Source: Candidatus Latescibacterota bacterium
Lineage (GTDB): Bacteria > Latescibacterota > UBA2968 > UBA8231
Direction of reading: 5' to 3'
Length of the DNA: 64,000 bases
NCBI GenBank assembly: GCA_965223905.1
Contig: CBDCXV010000001.1
Location: 544,001-608,000 of the forward strand
In this document: piece after piece, positions 43,771-53,280 of the stretch
Layout of the letters: every line of letters begins with the position of its first letter
How positions within the stretch are numbered: the first letter of the stretch is position 1
Program-made: the position numbers and the translations under genes
The notes under the pieces: model-generated
Databases searched by the model: none
What the model was told of the DNA's origin: nothing
Seen by the model: only the letters and a program-made list of their open reading frames with translations

Positions 43771-44496
43771 TCAGCGCTCCCTGGCGATGTTCTCGGTCAC
43801 GACCCTTCCGTCGAACAGGTGGATGACCCGGTGGGCGAAGTCGGCGTAGGCCGGCGAGTGTGTCACCATCACCACCGTGGTGCCGCTCCGGTTCATCTCG
43901 GTGAGCATCTCCATGACCTCGTCCCCGTGGCGCGAGTCGAGGTTGCCCGTCGGCTCGTCGGCGAGCACCAGCTTCGGCTCGGAGACCAGGGCTCTCGCCA
44001 CCGCCACGCGCTGCTGCTGGCCGCCGGACAACTGCTGCGGAAAGTGCTTGCCGCGGTGGGTGATCTGCATCTGGTCGAGGATCGACCCCACCCGCTCCCT
44101 GCGCTCCCGGCCCGGCAGGCCCATGTAGAGCAGGGGCAGCTCGACGTTCTCGTGGACGGTCAGCTCGTTGATCAGGTTGTAGGACTGGAAGACGAAGCCG
44201 ATCGTCCCCTTGCGCAGGTTCGCCCGCAGGCGCTCGGAGTAGGTGGAGACCTCTTCCTCCAGCAGCCAGTATTCCCCCTTGGTCGGGTTGTCGAGCAGGC
44301 CGAGCAGGTTGAGCAGCGTCGACTTGCCGCAGCCGGACGGCCCCATGATGGCGGCGAACTCCCCGTCGGCGATCTCGAGGTTGACGTTGTCGAGGGCGGT
44401 CGTCTCCACCTCCTCGGTGGTGTAGACCTTGCGCAGCCCCACGGTGCGGATCAGCGCCGTCTTGCCGTTTCCGGTGTTCGCCGCGGTCTCGGTCAT
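43771..44496 (-). CDS. ABC transporter ATP-binding protein (MacB/LolD type)
   Basis: [32 protein letters not shown]; SD GGAGAGG. Confidence 0.96.
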   Translation of the reverse strand: MTETAANTGNGKTALIRTVGLRKVYTTEEVETTALDNVNLEIADGEFAAIMGPSGCGKSTLLNLLGLLDNPTKGEYWLLEEEVSTYSERLRANLRKGTIGFVFQSYNLINELTVHENVELPLLYMGLPGRERRERVGSILDQMQITHRGKHFPQQLSGGQQQRVAVARALVSEPKLVLADEPTGNLDSRHGDEVMEMLTEMNRSGTTVVMVTHSPAYADFAHRVIHLFDGRVVTENIARER

Positions 44497-44522
44497 CTTT
44501 CCTCTCCTTGTTCAGGGTGCGC

Positions 44523-45875
44523 TTACCGCAACACCAGCACGTCCATGTTTTGGCCGAAGCTCTCGTAGCTCGAGGTGATCACCTGCTCCCCGGGTTCGAG
44601 TCCCTCCAGCACCTCGTAGACCCGGGGGTTCTGGCGCCCGAGGGAGATGGAGCGCCTCGTCGCCTGCTCGCCGGAGGCGTCGAGCACGTAGGCCCAGTGA
44701 CCCCCGGTAGACTGGTAGAACCCGCCGCGCGCCACCTGCACCGCCTCCTCGAGGTTGCCCAGCTCCAGGCGGATGTGCAGGCTCTGGCCCCGGCGGATGC
44801 CCTCGGGCGCTTCCCCCTCGAAGACCAGATCCACCTCGAAACGGCCCTCCCTGACCTCCGGGTAGACCTTGCGGATCACCAGGCCGTACGTCTCGTCGTC
44901 GCTGTCGAAGCTGCCCCGTTGCCCCCGGCCGACGCGGCCGATGTAATGCTCGTCGATGGCGGCGCGCACCTTGAAGCCGCCGGTCATGTCGATCTGTCCA
45001 AAGCGCACTCCGGTCCCCTTGCTCTCTCCAACCTCCGCCTCGAGCGTGGTCAGCTGCCCGGCCACCGGGGCCCGCACCGTCAGGTTGTCCAGCCGCCGCC
45101 GGACGATTTGGAGATCGCGCTCCGTGCGCTCCACCGCCGAGACCAGCTGCACCACCTTGCTCGCCGCCAGCAGCGAGTCCTGGGTCAGGGTCTGGCGGGT
45201 CAGGGCCATGCGGCGGGCGCTGTACTCGTACTCGTCGCGCAGCCGCTCGTACTCCTGGCGCGACATGATGGCGGCCAGGTCCTCCGCGGGCAGGTCCTGG
45301 TAGCGCTCGAAGTTGCGCTTGTCCACGGCGAGCCGGTACTCGATCTCCATCAGCCCCTTCCGCGAGGCCAGCAGGTTCTGCTCCATGGTCAGCCGGCCGT
45401 TGAGCAGCGCCTCCCTGCTGCGCTCCAGCCCGGCCTCCTGCTGCAGGATGGTCAGCTCGAGGTCGGGGTTGGCGAGGCGCAGCAGCGGGTCGCCCGCGGC
45501 CACCTGGGCCCCCTCTTCGGCGAAGACCTGCACCACCTGGCCGCTCTCCAGGGCATCGAGGTACACCGTGCGCAGCGGCAGCACGGTGCCGCGCACCGGG
45601 ATGTACTCCAGGAACGGGGCGAGCTCGACCGTCGACAGGGTCAGGCGGTCGCGCTGGACGTTGAGCTTGCGCACCCCGAAATCGGCGAGCAGGGCGTAAC
45701 CACACAGCCCGGCCAGCAGCAGAACAGCAGCGCCCAGGGCGATGCGCCGCGGCGTGAAGCGCCGCTTCTCGATTCTGCGGTCCATGCCGAGGCCGCCGCC
45801 GGGACGGGTGCTGCCGGGCTCGGATTCGGCAGGCTCGACCTTGCTCTTTGGGAAAACCTTGATGTTCGCAGGCAT
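44523..45875 (-). CDS. Efflux periplasmic adaptor (membrane fusion protein, MacA/HlyD-like)
   Basis: MDRRIEK.. followed by a TM segment; ESGQV..V..EEG..V..GD.LL lipoyl half; coiled coil; VRAPVAGQL; EVLEGLEPGEQVITS. Alternative start ATG 45785. Confidence 0.92.
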   Translation of the reverse strand: MPANIKVFPKSKVEPAESEPGSTRPGGGLGMDRRIEKRRFTPRRIALGAAVLLLAGLCGYALLADFGVRKLNVQRDRLTLSTVELAPFLEYIPVRGTVLPLRTVYLDALESGQVVQVFAEEGAQVAAGDPLLRLANPDLELTILQQEAGLERSREALLNGRLTMEQNLLASRKGLMEIEYRLAVDKRNFERYQDLPAEDLAAIMSRQEYERLRDEYEYSARRMALTRQTLTQDSLLAASKVVQLVSAVERTERDLQIVRRRLDNLTVRAPVAGQLTTLEAEVGESKGTGVRFGQIDMTGGFKVRAAIDEHYIGRVGRGQRGSFDSDDETYGLVIRKVYPEVREGRFEVDLVFEGEAPEGIRRGQSLHIRLELGNLEEAVQVARGGFYQSTGGHWAYVLDASGEQATRRSISLGRQNPRVYEVLEGLEPGEQVITSSYESFGQNMDVLVLR

Positions 45876-45918
45876 GATATTTTCAGCTGTATCTTGACGC
45901 AGTCCTTTATGCCGCCGA

Positions 45919-45934
45919 AGCAAAATGCGTGCTA
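45919..45934 (-). promoter_or_regulatory. Sigma54 (-24/-12)-like promoter of the transporter operon
   Basis: TAGCACG-CATT-TTGCT versus consensus TGGCACG-N4-TTGCW (one mismatch); divergent from a sigma54 activator gene. Confidence 0.7.
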
Positions 45935-46000
45935 TGTCACCTAACCTTCTGGAAAACAACGGGATGAAACGAATCGCCCCGACGGAAGGGGGGCCTTGAC

Positions 46001-46043
46001 TGTCCGCTGGCGATACACTTGGTGTCCGCTGGCGTACACTTGG
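46001..46043. promoter_or_regulatory. Tandem enhancer (UAS) sites for the NtrC-family activator
   Basis: TGTCCGCTGGCG(A)TACACTTGG twice with a 22 bp period; second copy is the pseudo-palindrome GTGT-N10-ACAC; 70-110 bp upstream of the -24 box. Confidence 0.72.
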
Positions 46044-46388
46044 AACCCTGCCAGGGCATTCCTCCAGCCCTTGCAAGCGGCCGCCGCGTGGCCCCCGGAC
46101 TCCCATTGCCAAGGCCTCCCGGCTCGAGCGCTGGAATCCCGCGTCTCCAAGCCTGGCCTGCGTTCGGGGGCATTTTCCACGGCCGCAGCCGGAAGCGCCC
46201 GGCCCGCATGCTGAAGTGCGGCGTCTCGAATCCATACCAGAACTCGTGCCCCGATGCCTGCCCGGTGCTGGATCGTCGGGCCCGTTCCCGGGTGGCGGCA
46301 CTCGCCAGCGGCCGCAGCAAGGCCGATTCTCCGAACCGGCGGCACCGCCGCCAATGCGCATTCTCGAACTTCCCGGGAACCGTCTTCC

Positions 46389-47765
<1,377 letters not shown>

Positions 47766-47789
47766 GGGCGTGCTGCTCAGAAACCCCCG

Positions 47790-48112
47790 TCGCGGAAATC
47801 GACGCCCTTCTCGACACCGATCCTCCGCCAGGGTCCGAGGCGTATGATCGGCTGGAGTTCCTGTCGGTACTGGTGCAGGCTTATGAAGACACTCATCTGC
47901 CTGCTTTCGAGCAGCCAACTCCCCAGGAAATGGTCGACTTCGTCCTGGAGCAGAAGGGGCTTGCCCGCGCCGACCTGGCGAAATGGTTGGGAGGCAGAAG
48001 CCGGACCTCCGAATTTTTCAGCGGAATCCGCCCCCTTTCCATTCGGCAGATCGGCGCATTGAGAAAGCATCTGGGCATTCCGGCGGATGTACTGCTGAGC
48101 CTTCCACCGTAA
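47790..48112 (+). pseudogene. 5'-truncated HigA-like (HTH/XRE) antitoxin
   Basis: In frame ..EIDALLDTDPPPGSEAYDRLEFLSVLVQAYED..P..M..VLEQKGL.RADL...LGGRSRTSE..R.LS..QI..L...LGIPADVL. No start codon for the N-terminal part and no toxin partner. Confidence 0.78.
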
Positions 48113-48190
48113 TCCTGCCCAATCGTGGGGGGCGCAGCAGAACCCGCACAGGGCAGGACCCGGATCACCCGCACCGCCGCATGGAGAAGC

Positions 48191-49558
48191 ATGGCCTCTG
48201 AAGCCCGGGACCTGACCAATCTGCCGCGCCGCCTGATTCAGGGCTGCCGCTCCTTCCGCGCGCGGATCCTGCTCCGCGTCCTTCTTCTCGGCGCCACCCT
48301 GTGGCTGCTGTTCCACACGACGGCGGGAGGATGGAGCTACCCCGCCGTTACCGTCGCCGCCGCCCTCCTCCTGCTCTACCAGATCTACGGCCTCGTCCAT
48401 TTCGTCGACCGCACCAACCGCGACCTGGCCCGCTTCCTCGCCGCCATCCGTTACGCCGACTTCTCGCAGACCTTCGTCACCGGCGGTCTCGGCTCCTCCT
48501 TCGACGAGCTCAAGACGGCGTTCAACGAGGTCCTCGACGCCTTCCGTCTGGCGCGGGCGGAGAAGGAGGAACAGGCGCGCTACCTGCAGACCGTGGTGCA
48601 GCACATCGGCGTCGGCCTGCTCGTGTTCGACCGCGGCGGCAGGGTGTCGCTGATCAACAACGCCGCCACGCGCCTTCTGGGGGTGCCCCGGTTGGGCGAC
48701 ATCGCCGACCTCGACCGCGTAAGTCCCGGCCTGGCCGCGGCCCTGAAAAAACTCGGGCCCCGGGGCCGCGACCTGGTGCGCTTGGAGGAGATCCAGCTCG
48801 CCCTGCACGCCTCGGTGTTCCGCACGGAGGACCGCGAGCACACCCTGGTGGCGCTCCAGGACATCGGTCCCGACCTCGACGAAAAGGAGACGGAGGCCTG
48901 GCAGAACCTGATCCGCGTGCTGACCCACGAGATCATGAACTCCATCACCCCGATCGCCTCGCTGGCGGCCACCGCGGACGGCATGCTGAAGGAAGGGGGC
49001 CTCGACGGGGAGACCGCCGAAGACATCCGCACCGCGGTCGGCACCATCCAGCGGCGCAGCGAGGGCCTGATGCAGTTCGTCGAAGCCTACCGCGGCCTCA
49101 CCCGGGTGCCGGCGCCTTCGTTCGAGATCGTCCCGGTGGCCGGCGTTTTCTCCCGAGTCGAACAGCTGCTGCGGCCCCAGTTCGCCGAGTCAGGGATCGA
49201 GCTTCACACCGAGGTCGATCCCCCCGGCCTCGAGCTGACCGCGGATCCGGGGCAGGTCGAGCAGGTCCTCATCAACCTGCTGAGCAACGCCCGCGAAGCC
49301 ACCGAGGGCGGCGCCGGGGCGCGCGTCGACCTGAGCGCTCACCTGGCGCGGGGGAAGATCGTCGTCGAGGTCGCGGACAACGGGACGGGGATCGTCGAGG
49401 AGGCGCTCGGCAAGCTCTTCATCCCCTTCTTCACGACCAGGCAGAACGGCTCGGGAATCGGACTGAGCCTGTGCCGCCAGATCATGAGGCTGCACCGCGG
49501 CTCCATCTCGGTGCGCTCGCAACCGGGGGTGCGGACGGTGTTCTCGCTGCGGTTCTGA
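48191..49558 (+). CDS. Sensor histidine kinase (NtrY/NtrB-like, PAS domain)
   Basis: Two TM segments, PAS, LTHEIMNSITP, QVLINLLSNA, DNGTG, FIPFFTT, GSGIGL; ATG lies inside the duplicated repeat. Confidence 0.95.
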   Translation: MASEARDLTNLPRRLIQGCRSFRARILLRVLLLGATLWLLFHTTAGGWSYPAVTVAAALLLLYQIYGLVHFVDRTNRDLARFLAAIRYADFSQTFVTGGLGSSFDELKTAFNEVLDAFRLARAEKEEQARYLQTVVQHIGVGLLVFDRGGRVSLINNAATRLLGVPRLGDIADLDRVSPGLAAALKKLGPRGRDLVRLEEIQLALHASVFRTEDREHTLVALQDIGPDLDEKETEAWQNLIRVLTHEIMNSITPIASLAATADGMLKEGGLDGETAEDIRTAVGTIQRRSEGLMQFVEAYRGLTRVPAPSFEIVPVAGVFSRVEQLLRPQFAESGIELHTEVDPPGLELTADPGQVEQVLINLLSNAREATEGGAGARVDLSAHLARGKIVVEVADNGTGIVEEALGKLFIPFFTTRQNGSGIGLSLCRQIMRLHRGSISVRSQPGVRTVFSLRF

Positions 49559-49720
49559 GGTGATCAGCGGCCAGCCTGGGTAGGCGAGCGAAAAAGCGGC
49601 GGTCATGAGGCGCGAAAGGCGCGTAGCGCCAACGCCGGCCGCCAGGGGGTTACAGCTTCTCGGGTTTGGTGCTGCCGGAGTGCGCTGGCAAGTGCAGCGC
49701 CCGTGCGGCCGAGGTACAGG

Positions 49721-50008
49721 CTACGTCGCTGCTGCAGGCTCGAAGCTGATCCGCAGCCTGGTGCCGGTACTCTGCGCAATCTTCTCCAGTGTCCTGGTGG
49801 AGGGGTGAACGCGCCCGCTCTCGAGCCGGGCGACGACCGATTGCGTCGTCTCCATGCGCTCGGCGAGCTGAGCCTGGGTGAGCCCGGCACCGATGCGGGC
49901 CTCGATCATCGAGCGGGCCAGCTCGAATTCCGGTCCAAGCTCGTTATAGGTCGTCAGGTAGTCGGGGTCCCGACTCCATTTCTCGTGCAAGTCGATTACC
50001 TTGCTCAT
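49721..50008 (-). CDS. XRE-family HTH antitoxin (HigA-like)
   Basis: ARIGAGLTQAQLAERMETTQSVVARLESGR..PS..TLEKIA; ATGA coupling to the upstream toxin gene. Confidence 0.9.
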   Translation of the reverse strand: MSKVIDLHEKWSRDPDYLTTYNELGPEFELARSMIEARIGAGLTQAQLAERMETTQSVVARLESGRVHPSTRTLEKIAQSTGTRLRISFEPAAAT

Positions 50009-50295
50009 TCCAGCACCTCCTTGGCGCGTTGCAACGCTATGTCAATCTCCCGGCGGGGCGTCCTGCGTGTCTTCTTGACAAAGACGCGCACCACCACGTG
50101 ACGTTTGTCCCGGACGGTGACATACAGCGCACGCGATATACCATCCCTGCCGTTCATGCGCATTTCCCAGAGCGGGCCGGTCAAGTGCCTGATATGCGGT
50201 GCCCCAACGCGGTCCAATCCTACCGCCGCGATTAACTCACTGATGCGCACGAACCGTGCGCGCATGTCGTTGGGCAGAGCGTCAAGCTCTTTGTC
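50005..50295 (-). pseudogene. RelE/HigB (Gp49-like) toxin, 5'-truncated
   Basis: DKELDALPNDMRAR..HLTGPLWEMR....RALY....FVKKTRRTP..EI..A..R. The first ~10 codons are replaced by the upstream antitoxin; an internal ATG at 50265 remains. Confidence 0.78.
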
Positions 50296-50419
50296 TTTCG
50301 GCGACCGCCGTCGTTACGAACTGATTGATGCTCGTCCCGTCTTCCTTGCTGATCTCGGCGACGGCCGCCTTCAGAGAAGCGGGCAGCCGCAAGGGGAAAG
50401 TGCTGGTTCGTTTCTTCAT
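50282..50419 (-). pseudogene. 3'-truncated ribbon-helix-helix (HicB-like) antitoxin
   Basis: Manual translation MKKRTSTFPLRLPASLKAAVAEISKEDGTSINQFVTTAVAE-RQRA*; ATGA coupling to the PIN gene. Confidence 0.75.
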
Positions 50420-50835
50420 TCCGATATCCTCCTCAATTCCTCCCGGGGCGAAAACACCGCGATCCCGAAGCGTGCGGGGCCATCGCCGAAATCCCGCCGG
50501 TTGAAGGTGACCAACGCATCGGCGTTGCCGTTGATGGCGGCTTCGAGCACCATCTCATCGGCAGGATCGCGAACCTGCGGACGCCACATGAATCGTTTCA
50601 ACGGGCTCCGCGACCAGGCAAAGCGCGGGATGACCATTCTCACATCTGCTTCACTGAGACCCGAAGCAATTCGCTGCGCTGGATCACAGCACGCCGCCAC
50701 ATACTCAAGTGCCATCGCCACGGAAAGAAGCGGCGTGAACGTCCGGCTCAAGGCCCGATCAATCAGCGCGGCCGAGGCTCCGATCGGGCTGCGCAGACCG
50801 GGCACAACAACGTTGGGGTCCAGTACGTAACGCAT
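50416..50835 (-). CDS. PIN-domain (VapC-like) toxin, probably damaged
   Basis: VLD.NVVV.GLRS..GAS, LEY, WRPQVRDPADEMVLEAA, LVTFNRRDF; internal segment appears frameshifted. Confidence 0.82.
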   Translation of the reverse strand: MRYVLDPNVVVPGLRSPIGASAALIDRALSRTFTPLLSVAMALEYVAACCDPAQRIASGLSEADVRMVIPRFAWSRSPLKRFMWRPQVRDPADEMVLEAAINGNADALVTFNRRDFGDGPARFGIAVFSPREELRRISE

Positions 50836-50844
50836 GCTTCAAAG

Positions 50845-50880
50845 CATGACATCATATACCATGACATCATATACGATGTC
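50845..50880. promoter_or_regulatory. Probable TA autoregulatory operator with a 15-bp tandem duplication
   Basis: CATGACATCATATAC twice; inverted repeat GACATC-N6-GATGTC (50863-50880) immediately upstream of the PIN start. Confidence 0.6.
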
Positions 50881-50977
50881 TGCAATGATACAGAGCGTCA
50901 CGGCCGGAGGTGCCGGCCGACTGGGTCGGGTAGTCCTCGGTTTTTTGGAGTGAGACAGCGGCGAAGTCGAGACAGCG

Positions 50978-51790
50978 CTAAGGCTTCGGCCTGATCTTAT
51001 GATTCATCGCCCAGCGCGGGTAGTAGTCGTACACCTCGGCGTCCGGCAGCGGCGAGCCGAGCATCTGCGGCGGGATCCTGAAGGGCCCCTCCATCGTCAC
51101 GGAGGTCGTGAACGCATAGCGCAGGCCGACCGCCCGCAGGGTCCGCACCGAGGGCACGTTGAACGGCCCGACGGTGGCCATGGGAATGCCGCCGTTCCCG
51201 ATGATCCAGTTGGCGGCGGCGACGACGACCGCGCGGCCGAGGCCGCGGCCTTTTGCTTCGGGGATCACGTCCATGCCGATTTCCCACACCGGTTCGCCGC
51301 GGTCGGTTACCACGGCCAGCGCCGTGAGCCGGCTTTCCTCGGCGATGCCGAAGCCGATAACCGCTTCCGGCGCGCAGTGCCAGAAGAGGTCGTAGTCGAG
51401 GTCGCGAAGGTCGTCCGGGGAGAACGTGCGGGGGCGTTCGTCCCCGCACGGCCCTACCGAGGATTCACCGCCGAACAGGTACCACGTCGGGCCCCAGATG
51501 CCGTAGCCGTGCGGCAGGGTTACCCGCGCGAGCTCGGCGCAGCCGAAGGGGGAGAAGATCATCTCCATCGGCAGGCGGGGGGCGAGTGAACGCAGTTCGT
51601 CCACCCAGTCGGCACGGGCCGCCAGGGCGCAGCGTCCGTCCAGCTTGAGCGCCACCAGGGGACCGCAGGCCGCCCCAGGTTCGATTTCCACCACCGGAAC
51701 CGGGTCGTCGCCGGGGGCCGCCAGGGACAACCCCAGGTGGCGTTCCGTCCAGGAGCGGAGCGGGTTGTTGAAAACGTCGGGCTGGTTCAC
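50978..51790 (-). CDS. GNAT-family N-acetyltransferase
   Basis: EIGMDV.PEAKGRGLGRAVV and N.PSVRTLRAVGL; GTGA overlap with the upstream stop. Confidence 0.85.
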   Translation of the reverse strand: MNQPDVFNNPLRSWTERHLGLSLAAPGDDPVPVVEIEPGAACGPLVALKLDGRCALAARADWVDELRSLAPRLPMEMIFSPFGCAELARVTLPHGYGIWGPTWYLFGGESSVGPCGDERPRTFSPDDLRDLDYDLFWHCAPEAVIGFGIAEESRLTALAVVTDRGEPVWEIGMDVIPEAKGRGLGRAVVVAAANWIIGNGGIPMATVGPFNVPSVRTLRAVGLRYAFTTSVTMEGPFRIPPQMLGSPLPDAEVYDYYPRWAMNHKIRPKP

Positions 51791-53166
51791 GGCAGCTTCT
51801 CCGCCAGCTCTTCGGCCGGGTAGGTGACGATCTCGGCAAGCGTCGGATGGTAGTGGGGGATGTTCATCATGTCGCGGACGGTGCCGCGGAAGTACATCAC
51901 CGCGATCAGCTCGTGGATCAGCTCCCCGGCCTCGGGCCCGACGATGTGGCCGCCGAGCAGCTCGCCGCTGCGCGGATCGCAGATCAGCTTCACGTGACCG
52001 TGGGTCGCCCCCATGGTCATCGACTTGCCGTGATCCTCGAACGGGTAGGAGGCGACCAGATGGGGAATTCCTTCGGCGAGGCACTCCTTTTCCGAGCGGC
52101 CCACGCCGGCGACCGCCGGATCGGTGAAGACGACCTGGGTGCTGAGCCGCGTATCCATGCGCTTCGGCGGGAGTTCGCCGCGCACGGCGTTGTGGCCGGC
52201 GATCTCCCCCTGCTGAACGGCGATATGGACGATTTCGTGCTCGCCGTTGACGTCCCCGACGGCGAAGATGTGCGGCTGACTGGTGCGCATCTCCTCGTCG
52301 ACGGCGATGGCGCGGCCGCTCTCGACGCCTGCGGCCTCCAGCCCGAGGCCCTCGGTGTTGGGCCGCCGCCCCAGGGCCTGAAACACCAGCTGCGCCGCCG
52401 CGGTGCGCTCCTGCCCCTGGTGGGAGAAATGGGCGACAATGGCCTTCCCTTCCGAGCTGAAGCGGTGCAGCCGCGTGCCGGTGAACAGCTCCATTCCGTC
52501 CTCGCGGAAGGAGTCCTCCACCGGCCGCGCCAGGTCCTCGTCCCCCTTCGACAGGATGTGGCCGCTGCGCTGCAGGAGGGTGACCTGGGTGCCGATGCGC
52601 TGGAAGAACTGCGCCAGCTCGACGGCGACGGGGCCGCCCCCGAGAACGAGCAGGGATTGCGGCTGCTCGCGCAGCTCGAGCAGCTCGTCGCTGGTCAGGT
52701 AGCCGGCCTCGTCGAGCCCGGGGATCTCCGGACGGGTCGCCACCGAGCCGGTGGCGATGATGAAGCTGGCGGCCTCGAGGGTATGGTCGCCGGCCCGCAG
52801 CCGGTGGGGGTCCTCGAAAACCGCGCGCTCTTCGTAGAGGGTGAATTCCGGGCCGCGCAGCTGCTCGATGCGGTAGTCGGCGAAGGAGCGCACGAGCCGC
52901 TCCTTGCGGCCGATGATCGCCGCCAGGTCGGCGCCCGCCTCGACGGGCAGCAGGCCGAACTCCGGGGCCCGGCGCATCAGCGCCATGATATCGGAGGAGC
53001 GCAGGATGGTCTTGCTCGGCATGCAGCCGCGCAGGATGCAGAGACCCCCGAGGGGGCCGTGATCGACGATGGCGACGTCGGCGCCGGCGTCGCGCGCGGT
53101 GGCCGCGGCGGCGTATCCCGCGGAGCCGCCGCCAATGACGACTACGTCGTGGGTTCGTTCAGACAT
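51787..53166 (-). CDS. Class I pyridine nucleotide-disulfide oxidoreductase (Lpd/MerA-like)
   Basis: IGGGSAG, GGLCILRGCMPSK, IATGS, FAVGDV, HYHPTLAE; no C-terminal Cys-Cys. Confidence 0.9.
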   Translation of the reverse strand: MSERTHDVVVIGGGSAGYAAAATARDAGADVAIVDHGPLGGLCILRGCMPSKTILRSSDIMALMRRAPEFGLLPVEAGADLAAIIGRKERLVRSFADYRIEQLRGPEFTLYEERAVFEDPHRLRAGDHTLEAASFIIATGSVATRPEIPGLDEAGYLTSDELLELREQPQSLLVLGGGPVAVELAQFFQRIGTQVTLLQRSGHILSKGDEDLARPVEDSFREDGMELFTGTRLHRFSSEGKAIVAHFSHQGQERTAAAQLVFQALGRRPNTEGLGLEAAGVESGRAIAVDEEMRTSQPHIFAVGDVNGEHEIVHIAVQQGEIAGHNAVRGELPPKRMDTRLSTQVVFTDPAVAGVGRSEKECLAEGIPHLVASYPFEDHGKSMTMGATHGHVKLICDPRSGELLGGHIVGPEAGELIHELIAVMYFRGTVRDMMNIPHYHPTLAEIVTYPAEELAEKLP

Positions 53167-53280
53167 GTCTGCTGTTCGGTGTGATGATGAAGTTCGAGAA
53201 GCCTGATAATGAAGTTATTTTTGCCGGAGCACCATGAACCGTCCGGAAAGACCCGCCCAAATCCCAAGAAACCGAACCGC

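Noticed and set aside
51787-53166. Mercuric reductase merA
   Set aside because: No C-terminal Cys-Cys, no NmerA domain and no mer operon context.
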